A stretch of DNA of 64,000 bases, from NCBI RefSeq assembly GCF_964355755.1, contig NC_092679.1, forward strand, positions 12,011,432-12,075,431, given 5' to 3'. Under the pieces are notes generated by a model. It had not been told where the DNA came from. It did no database searches and saw nothing but the letters and a program-made list of their open reading frames with translations. Source of the DNA: Antedon mediterranea (taxonomy: Eukaryota > Animalia > Echinodermata). The translations under genes and the position numbers were made by a program. Of this stretch, positions 1-13,677 are shown piece after piece (position 1 is the first letter of the stretch; every line of letters starts with the position of its first letter).

Positions 1-1412
1 CTCGGGGTAAAATTAGGTGGTATCTCTCTCATCTAACCTGGGCCGATTTTTTAGCACGTTTCGGGGTCCCCCCGGTCTAGACGCAGCAGGGGGTACCCGG
101 CAGACTCCCATTTTCATTGACTTCAATTGTGACCCCCAACACACTTAAATAGTCAGGTATTGGTACCTAGCTCATCTAACCAAATGTCTATTTATGCAGC
201 TGTTATAATATTAAGACCGAATCATTAAGACACAGTTACCAGCGGTAGGTTATTGTTTACTACGGCTCAAAAATTGGATATTTGGAAACTCGAACTGGAC
301 ATGCTCATTTCATTTAATTTATTTCGTCTTTTTATAAATAATAAAAAACCAACAGGTCACAAGGTACAGAGCACATTAGGGGGTAGACGGGATTGTCAAA
401 AAGTGTTACAGTATTGGTTTACGATAAACGCTGGTTGTATACCACATTAGTTTGTCAACAATGGACATGTCAATCCTCGCTCTAAAACCGTTAGCCATCA
501 TGAACCGTGGTGATGGTACTTTCGTAGGGCTATTAAAAAACCAGGATTAATGAGATGAAGTAAGCTGGCCACTAATCCATTTAAAAACGTTGAATCAACT
601 TACACTTTTGACCATTTATTAGAAACAACTTGGTGATGCTTAACTTTGTACTTTGTACTTTATGCTTTCTAAATTTATACTAAAATACAATATATTAAAA
701 ATACTGTACATATTAATATTCTGTACTAAAGCCGTATAATAAAGACTTTATGTAAGTATGAGCACTCTCCACCCGTGTGCATGATAAACTTTTGTTTTAA
801 CATTATTGAGGGCCCTTTACATAAACATTCGAGAAAACAAACATAAAGCACAAACATCACAAAATAGAATACAGAAAGTTGAGGGGAAAAATCATTAATA
901 CAAATTTGTTTATAAGACTATTTAACGGTTAAACGATGGAAAATATTATAATGATGAGAGTACCACGAAGCTAGGCCTACATAACCCATGGATTTCATAT
1001 CAAACAAGTAAATTGAGCGATACATTTTGATAACTTTCTGGTTCCTGTTTATAGAGGATATACAATTGTTGAAATTATTAAATAATATAAATTATATCTC
1101 CTTTTTTATATTTTAATTACCGTTATTATAAAACAAATCCAACATCATTAGGCCTACACAATAATATTACGCACTGATTCCTAGTACAATGGCCCACGAC
1201 ATTGATCTGATAATTATAAAATAAAAACTTTTTGGATATTAAGACCTATATAGATATTATAACTACTGTATCTTGTAAATACTTTTTATCTGGTTTTCAT
1301 TCTAAATGATAACTTATGTTCGCATGGTCTTTACCATTAAATTATCTTTTTTATTTCCAGAAAATTTTGTATTTAAAAAGTGATAACTGAGTGCTTAGGT
1401 ATTCTCATGCGA

Positions 1413-3484
1413 TCAATTCACTTCATTCTTCTTTATACTTTGTATGGTGACCATGCCATTATCATAACTTGCATCCTCGAGTCTATCAAGATCAAAGCTA
1501 GTTTTTCCCGGTGGCTTGTAAATAAATAACGCCAGAGAAAAGAAGCACAATGATATTAATTTTAAAGTTATCATTATTGCTAAAGTTAAATGACTAAAAC
1601 GTTTGTTGTCGTACAACCAGCAAGTTTTGGAACCGTCACACTGTGTTTCCCACAACAGACACTGGCTATCGATAATAGCACCGTACAAAATTGGTCCGGG
1701 AACATTGCCTAAAAACATTAAACAACAAGAAATTATTGTATAAAATATCTCCACATACTATCTATTTCCGAGGTATCATATGAATATTTTGGTAACACAG
1801 CATTACATGTTGTACCTGTATCATGTAAGTGTACATGCAACCAATTTCGAAACTTACCTAGCAATCGGACAAGAAGTGAACTTATTCCAAGCGCAAACGA
1901 CCTTTCATTCAATGGAACACACCTTTTAAAAAAAACACAGAAATTACACATATAGGTAAGGTGTTCCAACAACTGAAAATCAGACTATTTAGTAAACGGT
2001 TTATTGGTATAGTCTTCGGTAATCTGGCATCATTCTGGTAAACTAGTCGTCATTGAGTTAACAGTTAACTAGACTAATGACTATAGTTAACAGTTAAATG
2101 GTTAGTCAAATGACAAGATATCCAATTTACTAATGTCAGTTAACTTTGGATTTATAACTATAAATTGTCTGGTAGTTTTAACTTAACGTATTTACCTTAT
2201 GACACCAGTCATCCCAGGAACTAAAGCAAAAAGTGCTGACATAACCATCAATGTTATCAAAACAAAGAACACAGCTTGGTTGTCACAACTCACAGGACAT
2301 GCTTCATTGCTTGCAATAGGGGTTGTTGCATCCCAGTCATCCGGAGGGATCACGCAGGAACAGTCGTCATATGTTATTAACTGACAAAAAGCAATCATAT
2401 ATATTAAATCAGTTTTAAAAATTCCTATATATTAATTATAGAATATTTAATAAATTTAATTAAAGAGTAAAATAAAGAATATTTCATTCTGCTAAAGCGT
2501 GGTTCCCACGAGCGACGCAGCACAAGAACGTAACGCAACGCAAGTGAATTGACCAATCACAAGCGATGGCTTATTCGCTTGTAATTGCTAACTTTCTATA
2601 ACTTCGCTTGTCATTGGTTAAAACGATCGCGTTGCGTTTACGTCCTTACAGCTTGGTTCCCACTAGGGACGCAACACAATGACGTAGACTCATATTTATT
2701 TATTCATGCGTGCGTAGACACAACGCACGCGATTTGACAATGACAAGCGACAATTCCATCGTTGCGCTACATCGTTGGCTCTTGTGGGAACCAAGCATGA
2801 GGCAAGATGTTGTTAATTGGCTAATGTCTAATTAACAACTCCAAGTTACAATAAGTAACTGTTGATAATGCTAATAAAGATGAAACGTTACTTTATCCTG
2901 CTTATTTCGTTGTTTACATCCAGCGTGGCAGGCTGAATAGTACATTATGTTATCTGCACCACAAACCGGATCGTATGAGCCGGAGCATTGACAATCAGCG
3001 TTACAATTAGATGTTATATTTTGTGAGCTGCTTTCTTGTAGTGGTATACTTCTGTAATAACGTTAGATGAAAAATATTATATAAGTTTTAACTTTGCTAC
3101 AATCATTACTATTATCTCCGTCGTCACATCACTACAAATGGTTTACTAAGTAAAAGAATCCATCAGCCACAACCATCAACAACCATCCACCATCATTGTC
3201 ATCACCACCACCAACATTTCCATAATCAAAACCACCATCATTCCCCTCAATCATCACCACTATCATCAACATTACCATCATCATCACCACCATCATTTCA
3301 TCATCATCATTACCATCAGCACCAACATCATCATCACCACCATCATCAACATTACCATCATTGTCACCACCATCACCACCACCAACATTACCATCACCAT
3401 CATCATCATCATCATCATCACCACCATCATCAACATTACCATCATTGTCACCACCATCACCACCACCAACATTACCATTATCAC

Positions 3485-3516
<32 letters not shown>

Positions 3517-6500
3517 CCACCATCATCAACATTACCATCATTGTCACCACCATCACCACCACCAACATTACCATCACCATCATCATCATCATCATCATCA
3601 CCACCATCATCAACATTACCATCATTGTCACCACCATCACCACCACCAACATTACCATTATCACCATCATCATCATCATCATCTTCATCACCACCATCAT
3701 CAACATTACCCTCATTGTCACCACCATCACCAACATTACATCATCACCATCATAATCATCATCATCATCATCACCATCAACATTACGATTCTTTATTTTA
3801 ATTTGATCAGTCAAACAAAGCAGCTATGTGCCTGCTTCCTCCGTTGACAATTAAATAATGAACTTGTTCATGTCACTGTGAAAAAGATTAACGCTTCCAG
3901 TTTCAGCAACCGTTACGAATAACAAATTATACTAACTTGTTATTGTAATCCACAGTAACGCCTGCAAACTGGGCGTTAGGGCAGTATACTACGAAGGCAA
4001 GAAACATCACTGTTGAAATACTCAGACATATTAGAACAAACTTTAGAGCACCGCCAACATCTAATTTGAGTGTCTTCATAATCCATCCACCAAGAATGGA
4101 ACCAACCAATGCACACGGTATCACTATGAAACCTAATTAGAGATAATTTTTAGAACATCATCAGGATCAGAAATGCTAGAGCCTATAGCTAATGTGTACT
4201 GAGCAGGTTCCCTCACTCCAGACTCCAAAACCTTCTCGTAACTGATGTTATATAACAATAGGAGATAAATTCTTTGTTATAGGTCATGTAAACACAATGA
4301 CAAGATTAAGCAGCGTCAGTATGATGAATCTGATAATTACAGACAGCTAGTAAATTATTTGAGATGAAAAGGTATGAAACAACTGTGAACGTTTCGAGGT
4401 TGTTGAAACTTCCACCAACAAACCATTAGCATGTGAAAGTAAGTACGTTAAAATCTTAGAATAGAAAATCCTACAAATTGAGTTCAGCTTCAAATTTAGA
4501 GGCTTACGCATGTGCATCATTAAACACTAACAAGAAACGTTGTTTCAACAACATCAATGCTGGAACCTTAAAAAAACACAAAATAACCAAGAATAGGAAG
4601 CTTTAATGAATACATTTTTCACACAAAATGACATGTGGTTTGTATTACAAACATATAAGACTAATAAAATAAAACTTATTTCATATTTCACGCCAAGGAG
4701 CACCAACATGTGCAAACGTAAAAAAAAAAAGTAATGCATATCTTATTCAAAGTAAGTGATTAAAACCATTGAAGTAGTTAAAACACGATTACAATTACTC
4801 TTACCAATAATGATAGCAGCCTGGCTAGATGAAATACTGAACTGTGACTCCAAAAACTTGGGAATAAACGTTGACAAAGATGATAAAATACCAAATTCTA
4901 AAATAGCTGCTACCGTTATACACATGTACGGGCCATTACGACCAAGAGTTGCTACAGCTTTTGGAAAATCTTTGAAGCTGTTTCCGAAGCCAGCTCTGGT
5001 TTTAAACTCCACACCTCCGTGCGATTGTGATTTTCTTTCTGCTGCAATTTTCTCATGCCCTAAGGAATATAATTAGAATAAATCATATATGTTGATACTA
5101 AAAAGTGAGTTCAAGATGTGCATTTACTTCTCGTATTGTAACCAAAACATATTATTGTCCTTGTTTTATATTATGCTGTCCATTATCAGTAACGACAAAT
5201 TGAATTCATTCGTACTTTCCAGCAAATACTATCCATGTTACATGTACATTCACCCATAAGGAAGAGTACAATTACAAATTGTACTCTTCACTGATTCACC
5301 GACCAACCTTTTAATGAATAATGGGTATCCTGCTTCCTACGTATTTATACCGTTATGCATTACGTCATAAATCAATTAATCACGCATAACGGAGAATAAC
5401 TAGCGCCATCACATTACTTTGCGTTAGTCTATTTTATCCAGATTTAGTTTTTTCATCTATTAATCAATTTTTAAATCATGTTATAATAGCGTCGTTACCT
5501 TTGAGATATTTAGGGAAACAGAGAAAAGGAATAGTGATAGATAAACTGATAGCTCCTGTAATTAGGAAACCAATCCACCATGCTCCAACCCAAGTTGGAC
5601 TCTCTGGGGTAATACCAAACCTAATGAAAAAAAAAAGAATTTGTATACAAATGTTTCACATTAAACAATACAATCTATGCAACTAATGGAATAGTGCCAT
5701 TTTTTTCTAAACAAATTTAGAATTTGATATTTCTATATGATGTGGTAATTTATGTCAGTGCCACGTGCATTTCCATATGCGAATTAATTCGTGCGAATCG
5801 AAGGCGGTTGAATAAATTATACGTATAGTATGCAAATTTATATTCCCATCTTCCAAATCTCTTTCTGCGACGAATTATTGTCTAGAGTTCGTTCGAATGG
5901 TTTTAAAGTTTGCGAAAACAACAATTGCGCAACCAATCACATCTCTTTTCTTCTTTTTCGTGAAATCACCCACCTTTATTGTAAATTCTTCTATTCTCAT
6001 TTACATAGCATAACTTGGTATTATACAAGTATTCTATTACAATCAATAGAAACCGATGTATAATGTTCATAACATGTCAATCTTAAAACGATCAAGTTAC
6101 ATTTTTGGCATAAAGATAAATAGACTCTTTACAGATGAAGAACCGTTTATTAAAAAATTAGTGAAATATATAATATATACATATTTTATATTTAAAAGTG
6201 CACTGTACAATCAGTAAATGAGTTGCTTCACGCTCATGCAGACCCGATAAAAGGTATTCGCTCTTGTAGTGGAATTATTTATCTGCCTTGGATTCCCGTG
6301 AGTAAATTTCTTTATGGCTTAAATGATCCACTACACATTGTTGATAGCACAAATCTGTGGTTGATTGTGTTTGATCAAAGAACGTATAACACAAGAATCT
6401 CCTGTTCTTCAAATTGTATTCAAAACACAGTACCGGAAGTACAGGGTTAAAAGGTAAAACTGGGCGCCATTTCACAGCATGGAGCAGCGCCCCCTCCAAA

Positions 6501-8186
6501 CTAGGAAGTCAATTACTCTACCCCCTAGAGTATTAGCAGATCCCCTCTATGATTTTGACTTTCTAATTTGATGCGGGCGCCCTACTCCATGGCTCACAAT
6601 GGCGCCACCCATAGCTCTATTCTATCCCACAATGCCTTTCGAATGTTACGCGCTTCGGACGAACAGGAGATTCTTGTGTTATAAGTTCTTTGGTTTGATT
6701 TATACTTTGTTTGTATTTTATTGTTTGTTTGAATTCCTGATAATTATGATTGTGATATTTATTTAGTTAAGTAGTTAGTTTATTAATAATTGATTTGGCG
6801 TATAACTTACTCTTTCTCTGCGTCTACTGATAAATCCGTGTACAAAGTCAAAAAAAGTCCACCAAATATATAACCAAATGACGGACCAAGTATTGCCATA
6901 CAATTGAAAATACCTTGAAAATTGTATAAAATAATTTATTTTAAATAATATATATACAAAATAAAAGAATTTTATTCACAGTAACAAATTTATTCTAGAT
7001 GCCAATAAATAGTAAAATGTACAGACAATAATCGGATGGGGGCCAAACGCGTCATTTGTTAAAGCACAATTAATAATAACACCTATACCTATCCTTCTTG
7101 AAATGAAAAATACAAGGTCTATAATGTCAGGTAAACAATTTAAAGAAGTTTAGTGCTATTAAGAGTATGTGTGCAATATTGTAGGTGTTGAAAATGAAAA
7201 GAATTTTCAATATTTTTTTTTCAGATTTACATATTTAGCATTGTAGAGGATGGGTTGCAAATTCTAAAGCTTTAACAAAAACGAGAATCCGCTTTATCTA
7301 TATCAAAATCGGAAATTATCTGTGACGCTGTTGGACTTGTGTACATTGGGTGACTAACGGGGTTGACGTTACCACTCTGTGAGCACGAAAATAAATGTGC
7401 AGAAAGACTTATTATATAAAACATGTAACATAAATATTGGTGAGGAGAGAGAGAGAGAGAGCCTGGTTTTATGCATAACTGAGGATAGTAGGTCTACTCA
7501 CCATAATAGAATGGCGCATCTTCCGGCATAACACTATCATCCATAAATGTGTATCCTAAAGTGTATACAGGTGAAGCACCTAATCCATGCAAAACTTGTG
7601 CAAATATAAACATCCAGTAAAACCTCGACACCCCCTCTTCATCTGTTATGTCCTTATTGCATTCATTAAAGGCTGTTCTATTCGCGTCACACGTCGAGAA
7701 CTGTTCGATTTCGTCTTTGTCCTGGTATGGACCAGACAGAAAATGAGGTAATGCGTACATAAAAGAACCAGCAGCAAATAGTGCAGCTCCAATTCCAAGG
7801 AGACGTGGTTTGTGACTTCGGTCTCCGAAGTATGTTACAAATAATATTACCGAAAGTACGGCGATATCGTATGCGCTGGAGATGGTACCAGTTTTGATAC
7901 TAGTAAGATTAAATCGTCGTTCTATGCTAGTTATCGATGCGTATACTAGTCCACTAATAGCCATTCCCTGAGCTAGAGCATACATACACCAAAAGAACAA
8001 ATATCCTTGTGGTCGGTTAAATACTTGAATGCAAGATGGTTCCCATCCTAGCCATCCACACGTACCTTCTTTCTTCTCATCCTCTCCATCAATAATTTGG
8101 GTGGTACCGTTTCTTGAATTTGATTTTTCTTCATCAGTCTTGTTGCTCAATTGTACACCGGAATCAGCTCTTGTGTCTGTGGCCAT
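1413..8186 (-). CDS. SLCO4A1: Organic anion transporting polypeptide (OATP/SLCO family, SLCO4A1/4C1-like), 9 coding exons, ~688 aa
   Basis: Exons with GT-AG boundaries and consistent phase: 7502-8186, 6811-6913, 5499-5620, 4805-5059, 3937-4132, 2892-3051, 2196-2380, 1858-1922, 1413-1708 (total 2067 nt). They encode an OATP signature-like segment (ESPTWVGAWWIGFL), a Kazal-type loop (CNADCQCSGSYDPVCGADNIMYYSACHAGC), SIERRF near the N-terminus and PGPILYGAIIDSQCLLW near the C-terminus. The family call is firm; the SLCO4 subfamily is by recognition only. Confidence 0.92.
2496..2797. mobile_element. PIF/Harbinger-like MITE (composite of two related copies)
   Basis: Starts AGCGTGGTTCCCAC after TAA. 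A second left end AGCTTGGTTCCCACTAG occurs at ~2650, and the right end is GTGGGAACCAAGC. The first ~150 bp closely match the copy at 13220-13398. Confidence 0.75.
3160..3785. repeat. (CAT/CAC)n trinucleotide-based complex repeat with a 180-bp higher-order period, in an SLCO intron
   Basis: Nearly pure CAT/CAC/CAA triplets; 3361-3480 is identical to 3541-3660. Confidence 0.95.
6376..6692. mobile_element. P-element-like non-autonomous element (MITE)
   Basis: 32-bp terminal inverted repeats CAAAGAAC(G/T)TATAACACAAGAATCTCCTGTTC with one mismatch. 7-bp direct repeat GTTTGAT at 6369-6375 and 6693-6699. Degenerate internal inverted repeat at ~6463-6606. Confidence 0.8.
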
Positions 8187-9196
8187 CTTTTAGTTTCTCC
8201 AAAATAATAACAATAACAATTTTATTACAATTCTTTTTCCCCTAACAATAAACTGTAAACTTCATCCAAACGTTACTTAAATGCTAATAGTTATTTCGTT
8301 TGGATGTTGGACTCACTATACACACATTTGTAGTGCAGAAATATCCGATTATAGTTAATGATTAATGAAAACCGGGCGTATCCAATGCACACTAATTTGT
8401 TTGGTTGCGTAGACTTAAGATAGGCCTAGCGTAATAAAAAAAAAGCCTGTCTAAAGTCACGTTTCCACAGTAAACAGTCTAACTTGATGTTGTGTTGTGG
8501 TTTGATTTGATATGTTGTTTTTGACAATATACAACCTAAACTGTTAAATGTTTAAATTTTGTAAACAAAAAGGTTCACATGTAAGCATAATGTCAGCAAA
8601 TGAGCCGATATAATGTCATACCAACCGCACCGCCGGCATTTAGTTTGTCTATTTACGTTGTTACGTACGTCATCATTATTTGCGATAGGGAAGGGGATGC
8701 TGGAATTAATCAGTAGACAACAATATATTCGTGATGAACTCATTAATCATTTCTATTATTTATACATTCGTTTCCTTAGTTATAAAAAATTGTCATTGGC
8801 TAATTGATATTTTCATTGAAAAGCAAATACAATGACCTGGTGGTACTTATTAGCAAAGGCAATTTCTTCCATGAGCCTGTTATTACGAGGATGGCTTTCG
8901 ACATTTGAAAAGATTTTCGGTAATTCTCGCTCCACACCCTTCCCCAACGATAATTTCAGCTCATTTTTAAGTCCAAATCGGCGGCGGTGACGACGTGGTG
9001 CAGTAAGCTGACTGTCTACCGACAATTCCTGGGCAATGTTGAATTTTTAAAAAAACGGTAACCTCAAGGTCATAAAAAGAACAAAATCAAAATGGTGGTG
9101 ATGTTGAAGATGATTGAAAAAATGATAATATAATACCTTCTAATACAAATATCACTGGTTTGAACCTGGACATCATCGGCAATACAATCACAATGG

Positions 9197-10141
9197 TCAG
9201 CTGTGAACAAAAACGTTCGATGTTTAAAGTATAAAATAATGTCTATAGAATATAATTAATTTAAACATAAATTTAAAAAACATCTAAATAAAAGCAAATA
9301 TTAATTAAACATATTACCTTCTTGGACCACCATTGTTTTCATTGTCCAAAGCAAAACTCTGCTTGAACTCCGACTGACCTTCTACGACATTGTCCACTAC
9401 TTTGAGCTGATCTCTATTGAATTCAAATAAATATTAAGTTCAATTTTTATGGATGACGTTGCGATCTAAGACAGATACAAATACAACATATATGAATTAT
9501 CAGTATATATAAGAAGAATACAAACAAGTTATTCTTAATATAAAATTGAAAAAGTGTAAAGTAATAGTTACAAAACATGCTGTTCTTCTAGATCCGCTAA
9601 CTCTTCTGAGTTATGTGCCTTTCTAAAAAAAATAAAGAATAGCAAGTTAGAATTAAATGGTTTTGTTAATCATAAATACTAATTAGATAACTAGTCCAAT
9701 GTTTACATCTAGGCTAGACAAAAACACCGCATAGACCATGGATTCTTTATTCCATGCATAGACATACCTTACATTGCTATTACCATTGACATCGTCTGTC
9801 GCGAGTTTAAGTACGCCTGTAGTAGGTAGTGGTTGTGCATCATCAGTAGGTTTATCGTTAACATTAAGGTTCCTTTTCGACTTAATTGATCGTCGAATTC
9901 TCGCAAACCTGGAAGTCTTCTTCTCTTTCTTGTCTTTACTATCCTCTTTGCTATGCGACAGTTTTTCTAAATCCATTGTTGCTGGTGGTGGTGGATCATC
10001 GACGGCTGAGTTCTTAGTTTCTGACTTTTCAGTTGCCACTGCCTGAGCATTTGGAAAATCAACATCAGTTCCTTGTTCATCCAAATTAAATTCCGTAACA
10101 GAGTCGCGGCGAAAATAGCATAAGCTGAAAGTATTTCCCAT
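9197..10141 (-). CDS. Putative small low-complexity protein with N-myristoylation-type N-terminus (unrecognised)
   Basis: ATG at 10141 gives MGNTFSLC. Phase-2-consistent exons are 9768-10141, 9581(or 9572)-9622 and 9318-9413. Splicing to the acceptor at 9200 gives an immediate stop (~171 aa). Exon-like blocks at 9137-9200 and 8813-9028 could not be fitted in frame. Confidence 0.5.
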
Positions 10142-10941
10142 TATATGTTACTTAGTATACAATGTAAAGCACGAGCTAATCTCACAGTAAACTTGTTTTT
10201 TGCGTTTATGTTGTGATTCGTAGATAAGGCGATTGCATTTGCGTGTTCTGTATCATAGTAACTTCCACGCGCGCACGAGGCGTTGTTTAAGCCGATACAA
10301 AAAACGCCCAACAGCTTCGCGCGTGACTCGACCATAGTAAATATTGACCACACGGCGTGACGCCCGCATGGTCTCTCCTTGACGCTTTGTTCCCGTGTGC
10401 GGAAGATTGATGTAGAAGATGATTGAAAATGATGATATTGATAATGTAGATGATTGATAATGATGATGGTGATAGTTACTTTGAAAATGACAATATTAAT
10501 TATTATATATGATGATGCAGTGATCGTAGGAACCTTAAATCACTCACACTACCTTTGATTATAATAATAGTATACAAATAATTAATGTCTATGAGTCGAG
10601 CTCAATGGATACATTGACTGCTCTATTTAACGAGACGAAGCCGAGCACAGCAAGTTGATTTCCGAACGCGATCAGTCTAGCCAACAACGATCGCGTGGCA
10701 AAAATTCTCCAAATAATAACACAAAGCTGAATGTGCATTAGAGACGTTCATTATAATCTCATATAAGATAGAGGTAATTCCAAATGACACGTGATGCGTA
10801 GGCCTAATTGACCAATCAAATTGAAAGAATACAACAGGTGTGTTATAATAATAATTTTTATGGAAAGGACGTTAACATCATAATCAATCAACCCAGTGGG
10901 CAAAAATTGGTTGAATTAACGTTAATTCAACGTTATCTGCA

Positions 10942-11610
10942 AACGTTGAAATAACGTTGAAAAAGTGGTTGAAAATGAAAGTTTGCCTCAACGTAAATGT
11001 CAACGTTGAATCAACATAGAAATTATCAACGTTGAAACAACGTTAAAATAGGTAACGTTGAAATAACGTTTAAAAAATGGTTGAAAATGAAAGTTTGCCT
11101 CAACGTAAATGTCAACGTTGAATCAACATAGAAATTATCAACGTTGAAACAACGTTAACCTAAGTAACGTTGAAATAACGTTGAAAAAATGGTTGAAAAT
11201 GAAAGTTTGCCTCAACTTAAATGTCAACGTTGAATCAACATAGAAATTATCAACGTTGAAACAACGTTAAAATAGTTAACGTTGAAATAACGTTGAAAAA
11301 ATGGTTGAAAATGAAAGTTTGCCTCAACGTAAATGTCAACGTTGAATCAACATAGAAATTATCAACGTTGAAACAACGTTAAAATAGGTAACGTTGAAAT
11401 AACATTGAAAAAATGGTTGAAAATGAAAGTTTGCCTCAACGTAAATGTCAACGTTGAATCAACATAGAAATTATCAACGTTGAAACAACGTTAAAATAAG
11501 TAACGTTGAAATAACGTTGAAAAAATGGTTGAAATGAAAGTTTGCCTCAACCAAAATGTCAACGTTGATTCAACATAGATTATCAACGTTGAAACAACGT
11601 AAAAATGTCT
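10942..11610 (+). repeat. 112-bp tandem array, ~6 copies (left subterminal array; decays further to ~11980)
   Basis: GTTTGCCTCA recurs at 10981, 11093, 11205, 11317, 11429 and 11540. Confidence 0.95.
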
Positions 11611-12651
11611 ACGTTGAAATTATCAATGTTGATTCAATGTTGAAATTATTAACGTTGAAACAACGTAATAATTAAGTTGAAATGAAAATTTGCATCAACG
11701 TAAATTTCAACATAGATTTAACGTTGAAATTATCAACGTTGATTCAATGTTGAAATATTAAAGTTAATTCAACATTATCCGCAAACGTTGAAATAACGCT
11801 GAAAATCTGTTGAATTAAAGTTTAAATTTTAAAAAATATTAACGTTGATCCATTGTAGAGTAATCAACCAAATTCAAGGTAGAAAAAATAACGTTTAATC
11901 AACGTATACAGATCAACGTTGATTCAGTGTAAACACATTTTTACCGTTGATTCAACATAGAAATTATCAACATTAATTTAACACAGCAATGGTTTAGTTA
12001 TTAGAAGAACAGCTTATAGTAACACAACCAAAATAAATCAAGCTGAAATCTGGCATATTTGCAATGGTAATTGATTTGTTGAATTACTATATCTAATTTG
12101 AATCAACGGTTTTAAAGTAGTTGGTAGTAAAGTTACTGTTACGTCGCAGAATCCATCAATAGAGACATTTTATAAATACTGTATATCTTACTAATCTTTA
12201 ATTTCTATAAAAACATAAAATAACATTTAATCAGGTGTTATCAAATCATCTGGCAAAATCCAAGCAACAATCAAATAATGTACATCCTCACTGACAGTTC
12301 TCAGGTACCAATGTTAAGTATAAAAAATATACTAATAACCAGTTTGTAATATGTTTGCCAACTAACATGATTGAATAACTATAAATATTGGCTGATTACA
12401 GTAAAACACAATAAATACAACACACGTCACAGGTGCCTTGTGCTAATGTTGCAGAAGTCCAAATGATGGCAATAACACAATACTGTAATTGCATTGTTCC
12501 GATTAGTCAATAAACAGTTGCCTCGATTCCTGTGTTGACATTGTCCTATGCTTTCCAAAAGTGTGGCAATATTATTTTTCCAAACCTGAAACAAATTCAA
12601 TCAAGTTACTGTAGTTTTAAACAAAAATAATACAGTAAAAAATTTATTGAA

Positions 12652-12967
12652 AGATTTATTGTCCCAAAAAACAGGAACAATGAAGATTAATACAATCATA
12701 CTTTGAATACCTTGCCATTTTGCAATTTTAACAATTTAGATATTCACTTGCCGTAGAAAATAAACAAAAACAAAAAAGATTTCACTTAACAAAAATACAA
12801 AATAAACAGTATATTTAACCAAAAACCAATTGTGTGTTTAAATTGTCCCCCTTTTCAGGTACAAATGCATTTTTTAAAATCTAATTTTTGGTCAAAGTGA
12901 ACAACTCTATAGTGACGGCATACTCAACAAAACATAAAAAAAAAAATTGTTCCGTTCAATTATATCT
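12652..12967. mobile_element. Degenerate Kolobok-like MITE nested in the large element
   Basis: Ends AGATTTATTGTCCC...TATATCT followed by TTAA; internal similarity to 27060-27331. Confidence 0.5.
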
Positions 12968-13097
12968 TTAACACATTGTTCAAAAATCATACTGTACATA
13001 AACAAAAAATCAATTCAGAACATCATTTCACACTTACACGTAAAATATGCAATCAATTCAATTTATGTAAATAATATTGCAACACTGTATTAATATT

Positions 13098-13677
13098 TAC
13101 TCCGTGGTTAGGATTCTGGCACCGGAACTCAACTGCCCAGCGTTAGGGAATCCGACACGCTATTGCGCATGCCCAGAGCAAGGTAATCGGCGACTCTATT
13201 TTTGTCTACAACAGACTAAAGCGTGGTTCCCACTAGCGACGCAAGACAAGGACGTAACGCAGCGCAAGTGAATTGACTAATCACAAGCGATGGCTTATTC
13301 GCTTGTGATTGCTAACTGTCTATAACTTTGCTTGTCATTGGTTAAAACGCTTGCGTTGCGTTTACGTCCTTGCGTTACGTTCTAGTGGGAACCAAGCTTT
13401 ACAGCGATGGATCATTTTAATAGCTGCGCCACGGCGAACTAGCCGGCCTACCCCCGCGGACGACTAACTAGGCCACAGCAAAGATAGTGACACTATCTTT
13501 GGCTACACAGTACATCCCTAGTTAACACTCCAACTCTCGGGTAATGTGGTGCACGGTCTGTGGCACTAGTGCAACAAGCTATAATTACTTCGCTCTGGGC
13601 ATGCGCAATAGCGTGTCGGATTCCCTAACGATGGGAAGTTGAGTTCCGGTGCCGGAATCCATCCTAACCACGGCGTA
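13098..13677. mobile_element. Non-autonomous element with ~90-bp terminal inverted repeats and TA ends, nested in the large element
   Basis: TACTCCGTGGTTAGG...GGAATCCGACACGCTATTGCGCATGCCCAGAGC (13098-13180) is matched in reverse complement by 13592-13677. Confidence 0.8.
13220..13398. mobile_element. PIF/Harbinger-like MITE (complete copy)
   Basis: TIRs AGC(G/T)TGGTTCCCACTAG...CTAGTGGGAACCAAGCT, flanked by TAA and TTA; same family as 2496-2797. Confidence 0.8.

Noticed and set aside
3293-3814. Met/Val-rich and Ser/Pro/His-rich ORFs
   Set aside because: They are translations of an intronic CAT/CAC microsatellite.
9137-9200. Several in-frame TGA codons suggesting a selenoprotein exon
   Set aside because: The same frame also contains TAG, and no SECIS element was recognised.
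10141-10400. 70-aa ORF in a CpG-richer patch
   Set aside because: No recognisable protein and no consistent splice link; more likely promoter or 5' UTR of the unknown gene.
10590-10850. Possible Crypton-like remnant
   Set aside because: Only short suggestive motifs (GACGAAGCCGAG, TTGACCAATCA); boundaries cannot be defined.
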